A DNA stretch of 64,000 nt from an uncultured Verrucomicrobiae bacterium (lineage in GTDB: Bacteria; Verrucomicrobiota; Verrucomicrobiia; Chthoniobacterales; Chthoniobacteraceae). Shown piece by piece: positions 44,969-57,473 of this stretch. A program made the translations under genes and the position numbers. The notes under the pieces were generated by a model. It worked only from the letters and a program-made list of their open reading frames with translations. It ran no database searches and was not told the DNA's origin. The stretch covers positions 1,120,001 through 1,184,000 of the forward strand of contig CAVYKI010000003.1 of assembly GCA_963769025.1 (NCBI GenBank). The letters run 5' to 3'. How positions within the stretch are numbered: position 1 is the first letter of the stretch; the number at the start of each line of letters is the position of its first letter.

Positions 44969-46767
44969 TTAAGCAGCCGGCTTCGGCGCGCGCGGGGCGG
45001 GCAGCGCGGCGAGCTGGCGGTGCACGTCGAGCACCTGCGCGTGCAGCCGCCCCATGTCCTCGATGGCGAGACCCGTGCATCCGCAATTGCGCCTCCACCG
45101 CCGGCGCTGGCGCAAAAGCACCCGGCGCTCCAGCTCGTGCCAGCGATCCTCCGCTACCACCTTGGCCTCCAGCGGCACTTCGCGTTCGAGAACCGTGGAG
45201 AGCGCGGCCTCCTCGCCGGGTTCGAGCGTTGCCAGCCACGTGTTCACCGACGCCGGCTCATCCATGCGGAAATCCGCATCCAGGATCTTCACGAGGAGCA
45301 CCAATCGGGCTGGCCGTCGTCCAGCACGCGTTCGCAGGCCTGCGCCTGGAGCCACGCACGCGCCGCGGGGCTTCGCAATGCCAGCAGCGCGAGCCGTACC
45401 TCGTCGGGTCGAGCGTCACTTCCTGCAGCGCTGAGGCTCCGGCTTTCCTCGCCAGTGCCGCGCGCGGGTGCGCGTTTCACGAGGAACTCGCGGAATCCTG
45501 CGGCTCGCCTCCAGGCGCATCGCGGCGTTCGTCAGCACAGCCTCGCGCGCGATGCCGTCGGGCAGGAAGCGATGAGTTCCGCGAGCTTCCGCGCCGCGGC
45601 GATTTTCCCGCGCGGCGTGCCGGTTCCGGCGTCGGCGCCTGGCGCCTCGTCTGGTAGTCGAAGAGATCCCTTGCCGCAGCGACCCGCTCGCGGAAAGCGT
45701 CGGCACCCGATTTTCTGATCAGCGAATCCGGGTCCTCGCCCTGCGGCATCTCCGCGACGCGCACGGCCAGGCCCTGTCCGAGCAGATGCGGCAGGGAGCG
45801 CTCCGCCGCTTTTTCGCCGGCCGCATCCGCGTCAAAGCACAGCACCACCTCCTCCGCGTACCGCTTCAGGATGCGGGCCTGGCGCTCGGTAAACGCGGTA
45901 CCCTGCGGCGCGATGACATTTTGCACGCCGTGCTCGAACGCCGTGATCAGATCGATCTGCCCCTCGCAGACGATGGCCTGCTTTTTGTCGATCAGCGCGC
46001 GCTTCGATTTGTGCAGGCCGAACAGCACCGCACCCTTGGTGAAGAGCGGCGTCTCGGGCGAGTTCACGTATTTCGCGGGGCTTTGCTCCGCCGAGAGGAC
46101 GCGCCCGCTGAAGGCGATCGACCTCGCCCGTGTCGTTGCAAATCGGAAACATGATGCGGCCCCGAAACCGGTCGTAGATCGCGCGCGCTTCGTCGCCCTC
46201 GAGAAGAGGCCGCTCTCCTTCGAGCTCCTCGTCCGAGTAGCCCTGCGCGCGCGCATGGTCGAGCAGGGCGTCCCACGCATCCGGCGCGTAACCGATCTTC
46301 CAGCTCTTCGCGACGTCGGCGGAGAAGGCCGCGCTTTTTCAAGTACTCGCGCGCCGGTTCCGCCGATTTGCCGCGCATGAGCTGCTGGTGGAAAAACTCC
46401 GCCGCCTCCGCATGGAGCGCGAGCAGGCGCCGCCGCAGATCCGCCCGCTGGTAGTCCGCCGCCGTCATCTCCGCCTCGGGAATCTTGATGTTCGCGCGCT
46501 GGCCAGCTTCCGCACCGCCGTCGGAAAATCGAGGTGCTCGTAATCCATCACGAAGCGGAACACCGAGCCGCCCGCGCCGCAGCCGAAGCACTTGAAGATC
46601 TGCCGCTGCGGATTGACGTTGAACGACGGCGTCCGCTCGTGGTGGAACGGGCACAGCGCCTTGTAGGCCGGGCCCGCGCGCTTCAGCGGGAAATACCAGC
46701 CGATCACCTCCACGATGTCATTCGCGGCGGCGATTTGCTCGATGATTTCCTGCGGGATTTGCGGCAT
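44969..46767 (-). CDS. dnaG: DNA primase (frameshifted)
   Basis: CPFHHERTPSF..FKCFGCG, KYVNSPET, VCEGQID, CFDADAAG, EDPD. Confidence 0.95.
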
Positions 46768-46871
46768 TTCTGCAGCAATTGACGAGCCTTCCCCGCGGCG
46801 TCTCAAGCACGCCACCGCCCGGCATCACGGCGGGGTTTCCTTTTCCCGCGGACCGCGCATAGTCACGCCAG

Positions 46872-47775
46872 ATGGACCACGATCTCGGCAAAGCGACCGA
46901 TGCGATCCTCCGCTCTTACGAGACGGGCGGCGGCATCAACCATGTGGACGGCGCGAACCTCCCGTCCAAACGCGCGGTCGCGGCGATTTGCGAGGACCTG
47001 CTGCAGCTGCTCTTTCCCGGCTTTCACGACGCGGAGCCGATCCATTCGCAGCACCTGCCGCGCGTCACTTCGCATCGCGTTTTCACGATCGCGGAGCGGC
47101 TCGCGGAGGAGGTTTGCAAGAGCCTGCGGCTCGGCGAGCCGAATTGCCCGAACGAGGCGCGCGTTGAAAATCACGCGCGATTTTCTCGAGCGGCCTTCCG
47201 CAGGTGCGCGAGCTGCTGAAGACGGACGTCGAGGCTGCGTTCCAGGGCGATCCCGCGGCGGCGGCGTCGGACGAAGTGATCCTGTCGTATCCGTTCATCG
47301 AGGCCATCGCCATCCAGCGCAGCGCGCACATCCTCTACGCGCTCGAGCGTGCCGCTCATCCCGCGGATGATGACGGAGTGGGCGCACAGCCGCACGGGCA
47401 TCGACATCCATCCCGGCGCGCACATCGGCTCGCACTTTTTCATCGACCACGGCACCGGCGTGGTCATCGGCGAGACGAGCGTGCTCGGCACGCATGTGAA
47501 GCTCTACCAGGGCGTGTCGCTCATCGCGCGTTCGCTGGCCGGCGGGCAGGCGCTGCGCGGGCAAGAAGCGGCACCCGAGCATCGAGGACAACGTGACCAT
47601 TTACGCCAACGCCACCATCATGGGCGGCGACACCGTCATCGGCGCGGGCTCGACGGTCGGCGCGAGCGTCTTCCTCACGCACAGCGTCCCGCCGCGCTCG
47701 CTCGTGCTCGCCGAGGGCCAGGGCGTGCGCGTGCTGGAAAAGGACCGCAAGGTCGCCGACGACTGGATGATTTAG
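46872..47775 (+). CDS. cysE: Serine O-acetyltransferase (frameshifted)
   Basis: [55 protein letters not shown]. Confidence 0.9.
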
Positions 47776-47793
47776 CGCCGCACGCCGGCGCGC

Positions 47794-48024
47794 TCAGAAG
47801 TCGCTGCTTCGCAGCCACGAACCGTAGAAGAAATCCTTTTCCTCATTCGATACGGAGGGGACCAGCCAGTCCTTCTTGAAGACCTCCCGCGTCGTGCGCT
47901 CGTCCTGCGTCTCCCAGCGCCGCCTCGCGAGGCGCTCCTCCTTCGACGCGCAGCCGCCAAATGCGAATGCAAGCGACAGCATGGACATTGCGAGCAGGAG
48001 GCGCGGGGAAAAGTTCAGACTCAT
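47794..48024 (-). CDS. Small lipoprotein
   Basis: [25 protein letters not shown] lipobox-like; 76 aa. Confidence 0.55.
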   Translation of the reverse strand: MSLNFSPRLLLAMSMLSLAFAFGGCASKEERLARRRWETQDERTTREVFKKDWLVPSVSNEEKDFFYGSWLRSSDF

Positions 48025-48144
48025 GGGAGCCACCGACGATGTCCAGCATTCCTGCCGCGAGTCATTCGGAATCTTCGGCACTGCGTGGGACGGCGCGGCA
48101 AAACGATTCGCCATCCGGCGCGGATGGGCGGATGCTGCGGGCCG

Positions 48145-49415
48145 ATGATTTACCTCGACCACAACGCCACGACTCCCCTCGCGCCCGAGGCGCTGGAGGC
48201 GATGCGGCCGTACTTCGATCGGTTTCACGGCAATGCGTCGTCGATCCATGCTGCGGGCCGCGAGACGCGAGCGGCGCTGGATGATTCGCGCGACCGGCTC
48301 GCGGCGCTGCTCGGGGCCAAACCGCACGAGATCATCTTCACCGCCGGCGGCACCGAGGCGAACAACCTCGCGCTGCTCGGCCTCGCCCGTGCGCACGCTG
48401 GGCGAGGGAAACACCTCATCACCTGCGCGACGGAGCATCACGCGGTGCTGCATCCGCTGGAGCATCTGCGAAAGGCGCGAGGGTTTCCGGCGTCACGTGC
48501 TGCCGCGTGGATTCCGCGGACTGCTCGACCCCGCGGATGTGCGGCCGCGCTGACTCCGGACACGACGCTCGTCTCGGTGATGACCGCGAACAACGAGACC
48601 GGCGTGCGCCAGCCCGTGGCGGAGATCGCCGCGCTCTGCCGCGAGCGTGGCGGGCTCTTTCACACCGATGCGATCCAGAGCTTCGGCAAGGAGCCGCTCC
48701 CCTGCGATGCCGACGCGCTCTCGCTCGCTGCGCACAAGTTCTACGGCCCAAAAGGCGCGGGCCTGCTGCCGCTACGCAGCGGGATTTCGATCGAGCGCAT
48801 CGCATTCGGCGGCAGCCACGAGGGCGACCGCCGGCCGGGACGGAAAACGTCGCGGCCATCGCCGGCATGGCCCGCGCCGCGGAACTCGCGGCCGCGGATG
48901 CCGACCACGAGGCCGCAACGGCTCGGCCCGCTCCGGGAGCAGCTCTGGCAAGGCATCCGCGCGGCATTCCCCGCCGCCATGCGCGACGGCGACCCGGCGC
49001 TTTCGCTCGCCGAACACGCTCAACGTCAGTTTCCCCGGCCTCGACGGCGAGAGCGTGCTCATCAATCTCGACCTCGCCGGCATCTGCGCATCGAGCGGGT
49101 CCGCGTGCATGGTCGGCAGCATCCTGCCGTCGCACGTCTTGCTGGCGATGGGCGTCGCGACGTGAGTCGCGCAGGCGACCGTCCGCTTTCCGCTCGGGAA
49201 AGGAACGACGCACGATGAGGTCGCCGATGCCGTCCGCCGCATCGAGGGCATCTTCGGCGCAGCCTCCGCGAAACGCGGCCCTTGCGCGAGCGTCGCGCAA
49301 CGCGCAGGGTCGAAGATCTTCCTGCGCCAGCGCGATCGCAGACTCGACCCCAGAACCGATCCTCCCAAGGACGTCGCCGCCAGCGGGATTTCCAACGAAG
49401 TATCGTCCTCTGTGA
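48145..49415 (+). CDS. iscS: Cysteine desulfurase IscS/NifS type (frameshifted)
   Basis: [53 protein letters not shown]; end approximate. Confidence 0.9.
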
Positions 49416-49529
49416 CGGCCGCACTTGATTTCGGATTACAAATTGAAACCGCGCGAAGCAGGCTGATGCAGGGCTGGCCTTTAGCGAAGCCGGCCATCGA
49501 ACGCCTGGTCACTCGAGACACCACACACC

Positions 49530-50869
49530 ATGAGCGCAATCAGATCATCACACTACTGGAAGAACGACCCGGCCCATCTCCGCAAAGTCAGCCGACGCCG
49601 AATTCCTCTACGCGGCCGGCTCGCGGCATCGGCCTGACCATGGCGACCTGTTCTCAAGCTGCGCGCGATCGAGACCGACCAGGATCGCCGTGCGACCGCC
49701 GATCGGCTCGATCCACATTCACCTGCCGGGCGCGGCGCCCACCAGGAGACGTCGATCCCGAGCACCTCGCGCGCATTGAATACGTCGGCCTTCGGCACCA
49801 GCTGGACAACTACCGATCCCGGCGTGGAAGCTCTCGCAGTATCTGAAGGAGACCGCGAAGATCGCGGACAAGATCACGGTCGTCCGCTCCATGACCCACG
49901 GCGAGGCCGCCCACGAGCGCGGCACGCACAACATGTTCACCGGCTACCGCCCGCGCCCGCGCTCCAGTTCCCTCGCTTCGGCTCCGTCATCTCGCACGAG
50001 CAGGGCTCGCGCAACAACCTGCCGCCCTACGTCTGCGTGCCGAACATGCCGAATGACATTCGCCGGCACCGGCTACATGAGCAGCGCCTACGGCCCCTTC
50101 AGCCTCGGCGGCGATCCGGCGGACAAGGGCTTCACCGTGCGCGACCTCAATCATGCCCAACGGCGTCGACGACAAGCGCTTCGACCGCCGCCGCAACCTG
50201 CTGGGCACGGTGGACGAGCATTTCCGCACGCTGGAGAAGTCCGACTCCCTCGACGCGATGGACAGCTTCTACCAGGCGGCCTACGCGCTCATCAGTTCAG
50301 CCGAAGGCCCGCGAGGCCTTCAACCTCACCGCCGAGCCCGACAGCATGCCGCGACGAATACGGCCGCAACGACCGCCGGTCAGCGCATGCTGATGGCCCG
50401 CCGCCTCGTCGAGGCCGGCGTGCGCTTCGTCTCCATGACCTACGGCGGCTGGGACATCCACGCCAACATCCAGGACGGCATCACACGGCCAGCTGCCGAA
50501 CTTCGACCAGGCCTTCGCCGCGCTCATCACCGATCTCGACCAGCGCGGCCTGCTCGACTCGACGCTCGTCATGGTCACGTCCGAGTTCGGCCGCACGCCG
50601 AAGATCAACAGCGACGCTGGCCGCGACCACTGGCCGCGCGTTTTCACCGTCGTCCTCGCCGGCGGTGGGTTCAAGCGCGGGCACATCCACGGCTCGTCCG
50701 ACCCGACCGGCTCCGAACCCGACCGAAGATCCGCTCACGGTCGAAAACATGGCCACGACCGTCTATCATCAGCTCGGCATCGCGCCGGAAAAGAAACTTG
50801 ATCGCGCCGGGGAACCGCCCGATCGACATCGTCCGCAATGGCACTGTCGTTTCCGAGCTGCTGGCCTGA
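49530..50869 (+). CDS. DUF1501 family protein (frameshifted)
   Basis: [47 protein letters not shown]. Confidence 0.88.
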
Positions 50870-50979
50870 GCAGCGCCAGCGCAACTTCGACCGCCGCCAC
50901 ACCGGGAAACCGGATCGGCGGTGGTTCCGCTTCTCCAGCGGAATGCGGCGCCCATTGCTCCGGGCCGAAGATCGATTCA

Positions 50980-53912
50980 ATCACTCCGCTCCGCAGGAAG
51001 GCGACGAGGTCGAGAAGTTCTGGCGGTGAAGAAGCGTGCGCTCGAGCTGCGCCGGCATGAGCGGACCGCAGCGTGTGCATGTGCGATTTGCGCGCGCGCG
51101 ACGGATGCTCCTGGCCCGCGCGTTTGCGAGGACGACTCGTCGGTCGTTCTCGTCGATCACGCCGAGCAAGACTCGCGTTCGCAGGTGTCGATCGCCACGG
51201 GCTCGATTCGCGCACCATGGTCGCGTGGAAGGATGGATCGAGCGATCACGCTTGGTGCGGATTTCTTGCTCGATGGTGTGAGTATCGGACCGATGGTTAC
51301 TCGATGTTCCCAGAGCACGATGGCACACGACGGCAGCGTCCTTCCTGCTCGAAGATTTTCCGTCCCTACGAGCGGCGACACCTTTCGCGGTGACCAGCGC
51401 GGCAGCGTGTCGAGGTGCGGCGGCGGCGTCGTCTCGGTCGGCCAGGTCGCGGAGCCAGGCATGAGTCCGTCACGCCTTCGGAGGGATCGCTGCTGAAGAG
51501 CGTGCGGGTCTCGCTTCGCTAACTCGCCAGCGATGCACCGCTATCGACGCGTTGGCCGCAGAGGCGTTCCGTATTCGAAGATCGTTCGCGCGGCGAAATG
51601 CGCGGAGCATTTCGCCAAGTTCGAGCGGCGCCTGAGCGCACCGATGGCCGGAGCGACGGCGGCGAGCGGCTGAGTCGACGATCTTCGCCACGAGCAGGCG
51701 TACCGCTTCGATGCGCGACGAGAAAGTACGCGTCGCTGCCGGCACGCCGAGGAGGAGGAAGCGGAACTTGCACCGGAGATCGCGGCCCCGACATTCCAGC
51801 CCGGCGCTGAGCGCCTTGAGCCGCGATGTAGTGACGCCTTGCGCTCCGCCGCGAGACCGACGCAGCGGTCGGCGGAGATCTTCAGGTGCGCAAGTCTGCC
51901 AATCGGCGTCGAGCACGAGTGGAAGGTCGGGCGGGCCGGATTCGTCAGCGCGGTCTTCAGCGGGCAATACGATCGGGCCGGCGGCGATCCGGATCGCCTG
52001 CCGATGAGAGTGCTACGCGATTTTGGGGCGCGCGCGGGGATTCAGCGCTTCGAGAAGCGGCGCCACGATCTCTGCCCACCGCGGAGTCGGTCGATGGCCG
52101 CCTCGTGATCCGCTCGATGATGCGGAGTCGTCGATGGACTTGCCGGCCGGATCAGGCGCGAATGTTCGGAGTCTGCGCGGTCCAGATCCTTTGCGGCGCG
52201 TGAGGATGTCGGCGGACCGACCTCGGCGAGTGGAGAGTCGTTCGCATCCAGCAATCGGGAGCATCTACACCACCGGCGAGCGGCGATGCGTCCACCTCAA
52301 TTCGAGGACAGATCAGCGCACGACGTGGTCACGCCGTTCCGCCGTACGCACCGCAGTTCAGCAGCATCACCATTTCCCACGCGCGACAGCGCAGGCATCG
52401 CCTGATGTCGAGCGGACGTTCGATTCAGCGGCTCGAGCGATGCAGGGCGCAGTACGTGTCGCGGGCTGAGCTTCTGGAAGCGCGACCAAGCGCGCCCGCG
52501 GCGGCCAGGCGCAGCGCCTGCATCCCGATGGCTGACGCGTGCGCCAGGGTCTTCCGTCCCGGGCTGCGCGAGCGAGGCGGAGCGCATTCGCCGGCGTGCG
52601 CGACGGTCTCGGATCGGGTCCGGCGAGCGCGGCGGTCAGTTCTTCGCGTCGCCGCTGCGCGCGCTTGCCATGTTGCGGATGCGGCATGCCCATGCGGTTC
52701 GCTTTTCGCGAGCGGACCTTTGGGCGGATGCGGTAGATGGCGCCTTCTCGACGTCCGGCTTCGCGACGAGGGAAGCGGTACGGCCGGAGCGGAACCAGCC
52801 GCCGGTGTCCACGACGAGCAGCGAGCCGTCACGATCCTCCAGCACATCGGTGATGTGCACATCGGGGTTCTGCGATCTTCAGAAACTCGCGCGACGTGAC
52901 GCTGTATGTCGCGCCGGAACGCTGCGACTTCCATGCGCGTGACGCGCTGCGTGTTGAAATGCGTGACGAAGAGATTCCCGCGCCAATCGGATTCAGCGCG
53001 CCTGAGCGATAGAAGGTGCAGCCGCGAGACCGCGACATGGCCGAAATTGTAAAATCGGCGGCAGCAGTTCGCCCGTGCGCTTGATTCCGCGACCGCGTCA
53101 CCCTGATCCTCGCGCGGATACACGCCGCCGCGCAGCCAGTGGACGAGGCAATCGCCGCGCGGCGTGCCGTAGAGAGGTTCACCGTGCCGAGGATTTCGCC
53201 GTCGGGCGTGAAATCGATCTCCACCGGATTGTCCATCCCGCCACCCGAGTGCATCTGCACGTCCGAGCCGTCCGGTTTGCACGACCAGATGCCCGACGCC
53301 TTGCCTTTGCGGACGGGATTCCCGCCGTTGTCAAAAACGTCGTGCCCCTTGCGCCCGTGGCACCAGTAGAGGCCGGCCGTTCGGATGCACGAACGGCCCA
53401 TGGATGTCCGCCGCATTTCCCGTGAAGTCGAAGCCGCGCACGATCATCTCGCGCTTGTCCGCCACGCCGTCGCCGGTCGTGTCCGTGAGCCGCCAGATGC
53501 CCGGCGGCGAGGCGACGTAGAGCGAGCCGCCGAGCCACGCGCAGCCTTGCGGGAAAGTCATCTTGTCGGCGAAGACCGTGGACTTGTCGTAAACGCCGTC
53601 GGCATTCGTGTCCTCCAGCATCAGCACGCGGTGCGGCAGCTCCTTTTCCAGCCCGGCCTTGTTCAGATTCACCCCGGACGAATCACCGACAAAAAGCCGC
53701 CCGAGATCATCCGCCGTCGCCATGATGGGATGCCGCACCAACGGCGCTGCGGCGACGACTTCCGCAGTGTACCCGTCCGGCAATTGAACCGGCGGCATCG
53801 CGTAGTCGAACGGTTTCGTGTTGTCTTTCGCTGATGCTGCGGTGGTGAAGCGGATGGCAACGCAGGCGAGCGTGCTTGGCGCACGGCAGCCGAGAGAGAG
53901 GTTCAGGCGCAT
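50980..53912 (-). CDS. Second PVC-type CxxCH dehydrogenase-like protein (severely garbled)
   Basis: LPDGYTAEVVA, LEDTNADGVYD..FAD, DTTGDGVAD, GGMDNPVE, LVVDTGGW; CxxCH remnant near 51320-51335; C-terminal LLDLVAFL. Confidence 0.7.
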
Positions 53913-54764
53913 GGCTGGAGGGGTCGCTTGGGCAGATGCCGATGCGTACACCGCGCCGCCACGGCAACCTTGGGCTCTCAAACGGGACGAATGGTGCTGG
54001 CGAGCGGATAGGCAGGACCCATCGGGCTCATCACGGCTGGTGTACGGGCCCGGTTCGAGGAGCGAAAGTTGCCGCTCACGGCACCCGTCGGCGCATGACG
54101 CCATTCGTGCAGGAGCCCGGCTCGGACGCTCAGCCGAGGTGCCGAGGGCCTTGAGGAGCGCATCCGCGTCGGGGTGGTGGTGAGTGTCAGCGTGGCTCGG
54201 ACGGGCTTCGGCTTGAGCGAGGGCTTCATCGGTCGAGCAGCGCGCCGGCTTTCGAGGAAGGCTTCACCTTCGGGATCTTCGGGTCGTCAGCGCGATCGGC
54301 GATGCGCTCAAGGTCGGCAGATCCATTTTCGCAGGCCGTGGTGACGAGTTCGGGAAAGTTTGCGATGCAAGGGGAAGGACGCGGGATCGTTAGATGTGAC
54401 TCTCCGGGCATCACGCACAATGCTGTAACGCGGCAGCGTCGATCACTTCACGTGAACGGCGTTCGTCCATTCGCGGATGTTATGCGAAGTCTTGGCAACA
54501 ATTGGTAATCGGGGCGTTGTCGGACGGCTTCCAGAAGCGGTTTGCAAGCCGCGTACCGCGCGGCGTTCTATTTTAAAATCTTGATACCATCGGGCGGCTA
54601 AGGGTGCGGCGTTTCTCTTGGTTTCGCGTTTTCACCGACGCAGAGAATCGGCGTAGCCGACGAGCAGAGCGGTCGCGAGAAGCGTATGACTTGAGCATCG
54701 GAGTCGACGGACGCGAACGGGGCTTGCAGCATGACGTTCGTAAAGTGAGATGGATCGAGGTTCG

Positions 54765-56621
54765 TTAAGGTCTGTCGAGCCACACAGACAGCAGAGCGAG
54801 GTCCGCGGGAGTGACACCGCTGATCCTAGAGGCTTGGCCGATGGTTTCCGGTTGAATTTCAGCCAACTTGTGTTGCGCTTCAAATCGCAGGCCACGTATC
54901 GAAAGGTAGTCCAGGCCGAGGGGAATCCGCTTCTCTTCCTGACGTTGAAGCCGGTCAATCGCGATGTTTTGCCGAGCGATGTAGCCCTCGTATTTGAGGT
55001 TAATTTCCAAAGCCCCCCACAGTGAGTCGGCATAGCCCGGACGGACCGACTCCGGGAGGGTTGATGCAACGTTTTCCGGCCGCCTCAGCCAAGCGGCGAT
55101 CTTCAGGCCTTCATAGGATGCGGACTCAGCGAACTCTTTAAGGCGCTCGAAGTCCGCCATTTTTTGTCGGGTCCGCTCCCATCGCTCGTTGTCGACCAGC
55201 CCACGGGTGCGTCCTACCGGCGTGAGGCGGAAATCCGCATTATCATGCCGAAGAACCAACCGATGCTCGGCACGGCTGGTAAACATCCGGTAAGGTTCAG
55301 GGGTGCCTTTCGTGACGAGGTCGTCGACGAGCACGCCGATGTAGGCGTCGGCACGACCGAGGATGAATGGCTGCTTGCCCTGCACTTTGAGCGCTGCATT
55401 CGCTCCTGCCATCAGCCCCTGCCCGGCGGCCTCTTCATATCCAGAGGTCCCGTTAATCTGTCCGGCGAGATACAGGTTCGGGATGAGCTTGGTCTCGAGG
55501 GTGTGCCGGAGCTGAGTTGGCGGGCAGTAGTCATACTCAACTGCGTATCCCGGCCGCATTAGTTTCGGCATTCTCAAGTCCTGGCACCGTCCGGATGAAG
55601 GCGAATTGCACGTCGATTGGGAGGGATGTGGAGACACCGTTGATGTAGTATTCGAGCGTGTGCTTCCCTTCGGGTTCCAGGAAGAGTTGATGCCGTTCCT
55701 TTTCGGCGAACTTGACAATCTTGTCTTCGATCGACGGACAGTAGCGAGGTCCGGTTCCTTCGATCCGACCCGAATATAGGGGAGACTTGTCGAGATTGCT
55801 CCGAATGATGTCGTGGGTTTTCGGGTTGGTGTAAGTCACCCAACACGGGAGTTGTTCCACGTGGAACGTCTCGTCCTTCCAGTGATTCAGTGAAAATATC
55901 TCGTCCGGACTTCTTCGACAGGCGCTCAGGCAGGAAGCTGAATGGCGTCGGTGGATCGTCACCGAGTTGCATTTCGCACTTGGTGAAATCGATCGTCCTG
56001 CCATTCAGCCGGCATGGGTGTCCCGGTTTTGAAGCGTCCGAGTTCGAGCCCCAACTCGCGCAGCGAATCACTCAAAGTTGATACAGTGTCTCCCATGCGC
56101 CCTCCTGGCTGGTTTCTCAAGCCCACATGTAGCAGCCCGCGCATGAAGGTTCCGGTCGTTACGACGACCGCGCGGCAGTTGATTTGCATACCCATGTTCG
56201 TCTGGATTCCCGTGACTCCATCGTCGTCGCGGAGGATGCGAATTACGTTCGCCTGCATCAGATCGAGATGCGGTTGCTCTTCCAATTCCGCCTTCGCCCG
56301 AAACTGATACGCCTTCTTGTCGCACTGCGCCCGTGGTGAGCGGACACTTGGGCCTTTCTTGGAATTCAGCAGTCGAAACTGAATCGCCGTCGCGTCGGTA
56401 TTCAGTCCCATGAGACCACCCAAAGCGTCAATTTCCCGGACAATCTGTCCCTTGGCCTGACCACCGATTGCCGGATTGCACGACATCTGCCCGACCGTGT
56501 CGAGCGACTGGGTCATGACGAGTGTCTGTGCCGTTAGCCGAGCCGATGCCAGAGCCGCCTCAATGCCGGCATGGCCTGCCCCGATGACGACGACATCGTA
56601 GGTTTTTGGGTGGATGAACAT
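54765..56621 (-). CDS. mnmG: tRNA uridine-5-carboxymethylaminomethyl(34) synthesis enzyme (frameshifted)
   Basis: [67 protein letters not shown]. Confidence 0.96.
55853..55868. promoter_or_regulatory. parS site (inside mnmG)
   Basis: TGTTCCACGTGGAACG versus consensus TGTTNCACGTGAAACA. Confidence 0.8.
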
Positions 56622-56856
56622 GTTCAGACCTTTGCGATTTGCCGGATTAGTTTCGATGGTGCAAAAATCGTTTGGTGTTTGTCGGCAGGCATTTACGCCC
56701 TTTGGAGCAAAGTCCCAATCGTAAGTTGCGCGATGGGTTGAGTTTCTGTCAGAGTGAGTCGGAGATGACAAGCTCGGCTCGGTCTCGATGCTCGATACTG
56801 AAGGGTCGCGGAAATTCTTGCAATTTTGGCTGCTCCCCGGTTCTCGATCGCCACCT

Positions 56857-57282
56857 TTATTGTTCTACGTGGAACATTAACGATCTGAGGATCCCGGCCT
56901 TCGATCGAGGCAGGAGTGCAGAGAGTTTTGCGCGATATTTGTGACTTTGCAGGTTAACACTCACGATTTCCATGTTCTCTGAAAATTCTGACAACACTTG
57001 TCGGCATGCCCCGCAGGGCGTGACGGGTTCTTTGGAGTCTGCGACGATCACGATCCGGCGGAAGGTGCGGACTCCGGCGGCGACGGCCGCGAAGACGGCG
57101 TTCCGCTCCGCGCAGACCGTCAGGCCGTAGGAGATGTTTTCGACATTGCAGCCGGTGAAGACTTTACCCGCCGTGGACTCGAGAGCCGCACCGACCTGAA
57201 AATTCGAGTATGGCGCGTACGCTCGCGAGCGAACTTTGCGGGCGGACTTTTCCAAGGATGCCAAGCTGTTCACCTTTGTCAT
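56857..57282 (-). CDS. cdd: Cytidine deaminase
   Basis: AYAPYSNFQVGAA, GCNVEN, CAERNA, PCGACRQ. Confidence 0.95.
   Translation of the reverse strand: MTKVNSLASLEKSARKVRSRAYAPYSNFQVGAALESTAGKVFTGCNVENISYGLTVCAERNAVFAAVAAGVRTFRRIVIVADSKEPVTPCGACRQVLSEFSENMEIVSVNLQSHKYRAKLSALLPRSKAGILRSLMFHVEQ
56861..56876. promoter_or_regulatory. parS site (last codons of cdd)
   Basis: TGTTCTACGTGGAACA near-palindrome. Confidence 0.8.
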
Positions 57283-57473
57283 ATTAGAAGCGATTACCTG
57301 TTTGCAGTATGTGATACCAGATGCTTATGATAGACGCCCGAGGGCGAGGACTCGGGCGGTGTCCGTTTTGAGAGGCCAGGCGATGCCGCGTCGGAGGATG
57401 GAGCGTGCCTATTTGCACGCAAGTCCACGGACTTTGTTGTTGCAGAATCAAGACAGGTGCACAGCATGGCGGC

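Noticed and set aside
53960..54420. Possible small minus-strand ORF(s)
   Set aside because: Fragmented frames in a low-quality stretch; no recognisable domain
54444..54459. Third parS-like site CACTTCACGTGAACGG
   Set aside because: Only the TTCACGTGAA core matches; outer arms are poor
54420..57470. oriC next to mnmG
   Set aside because: No TTATCCACA-type DnaA boxes seen in the intergenic gaps and no dnaA in the window
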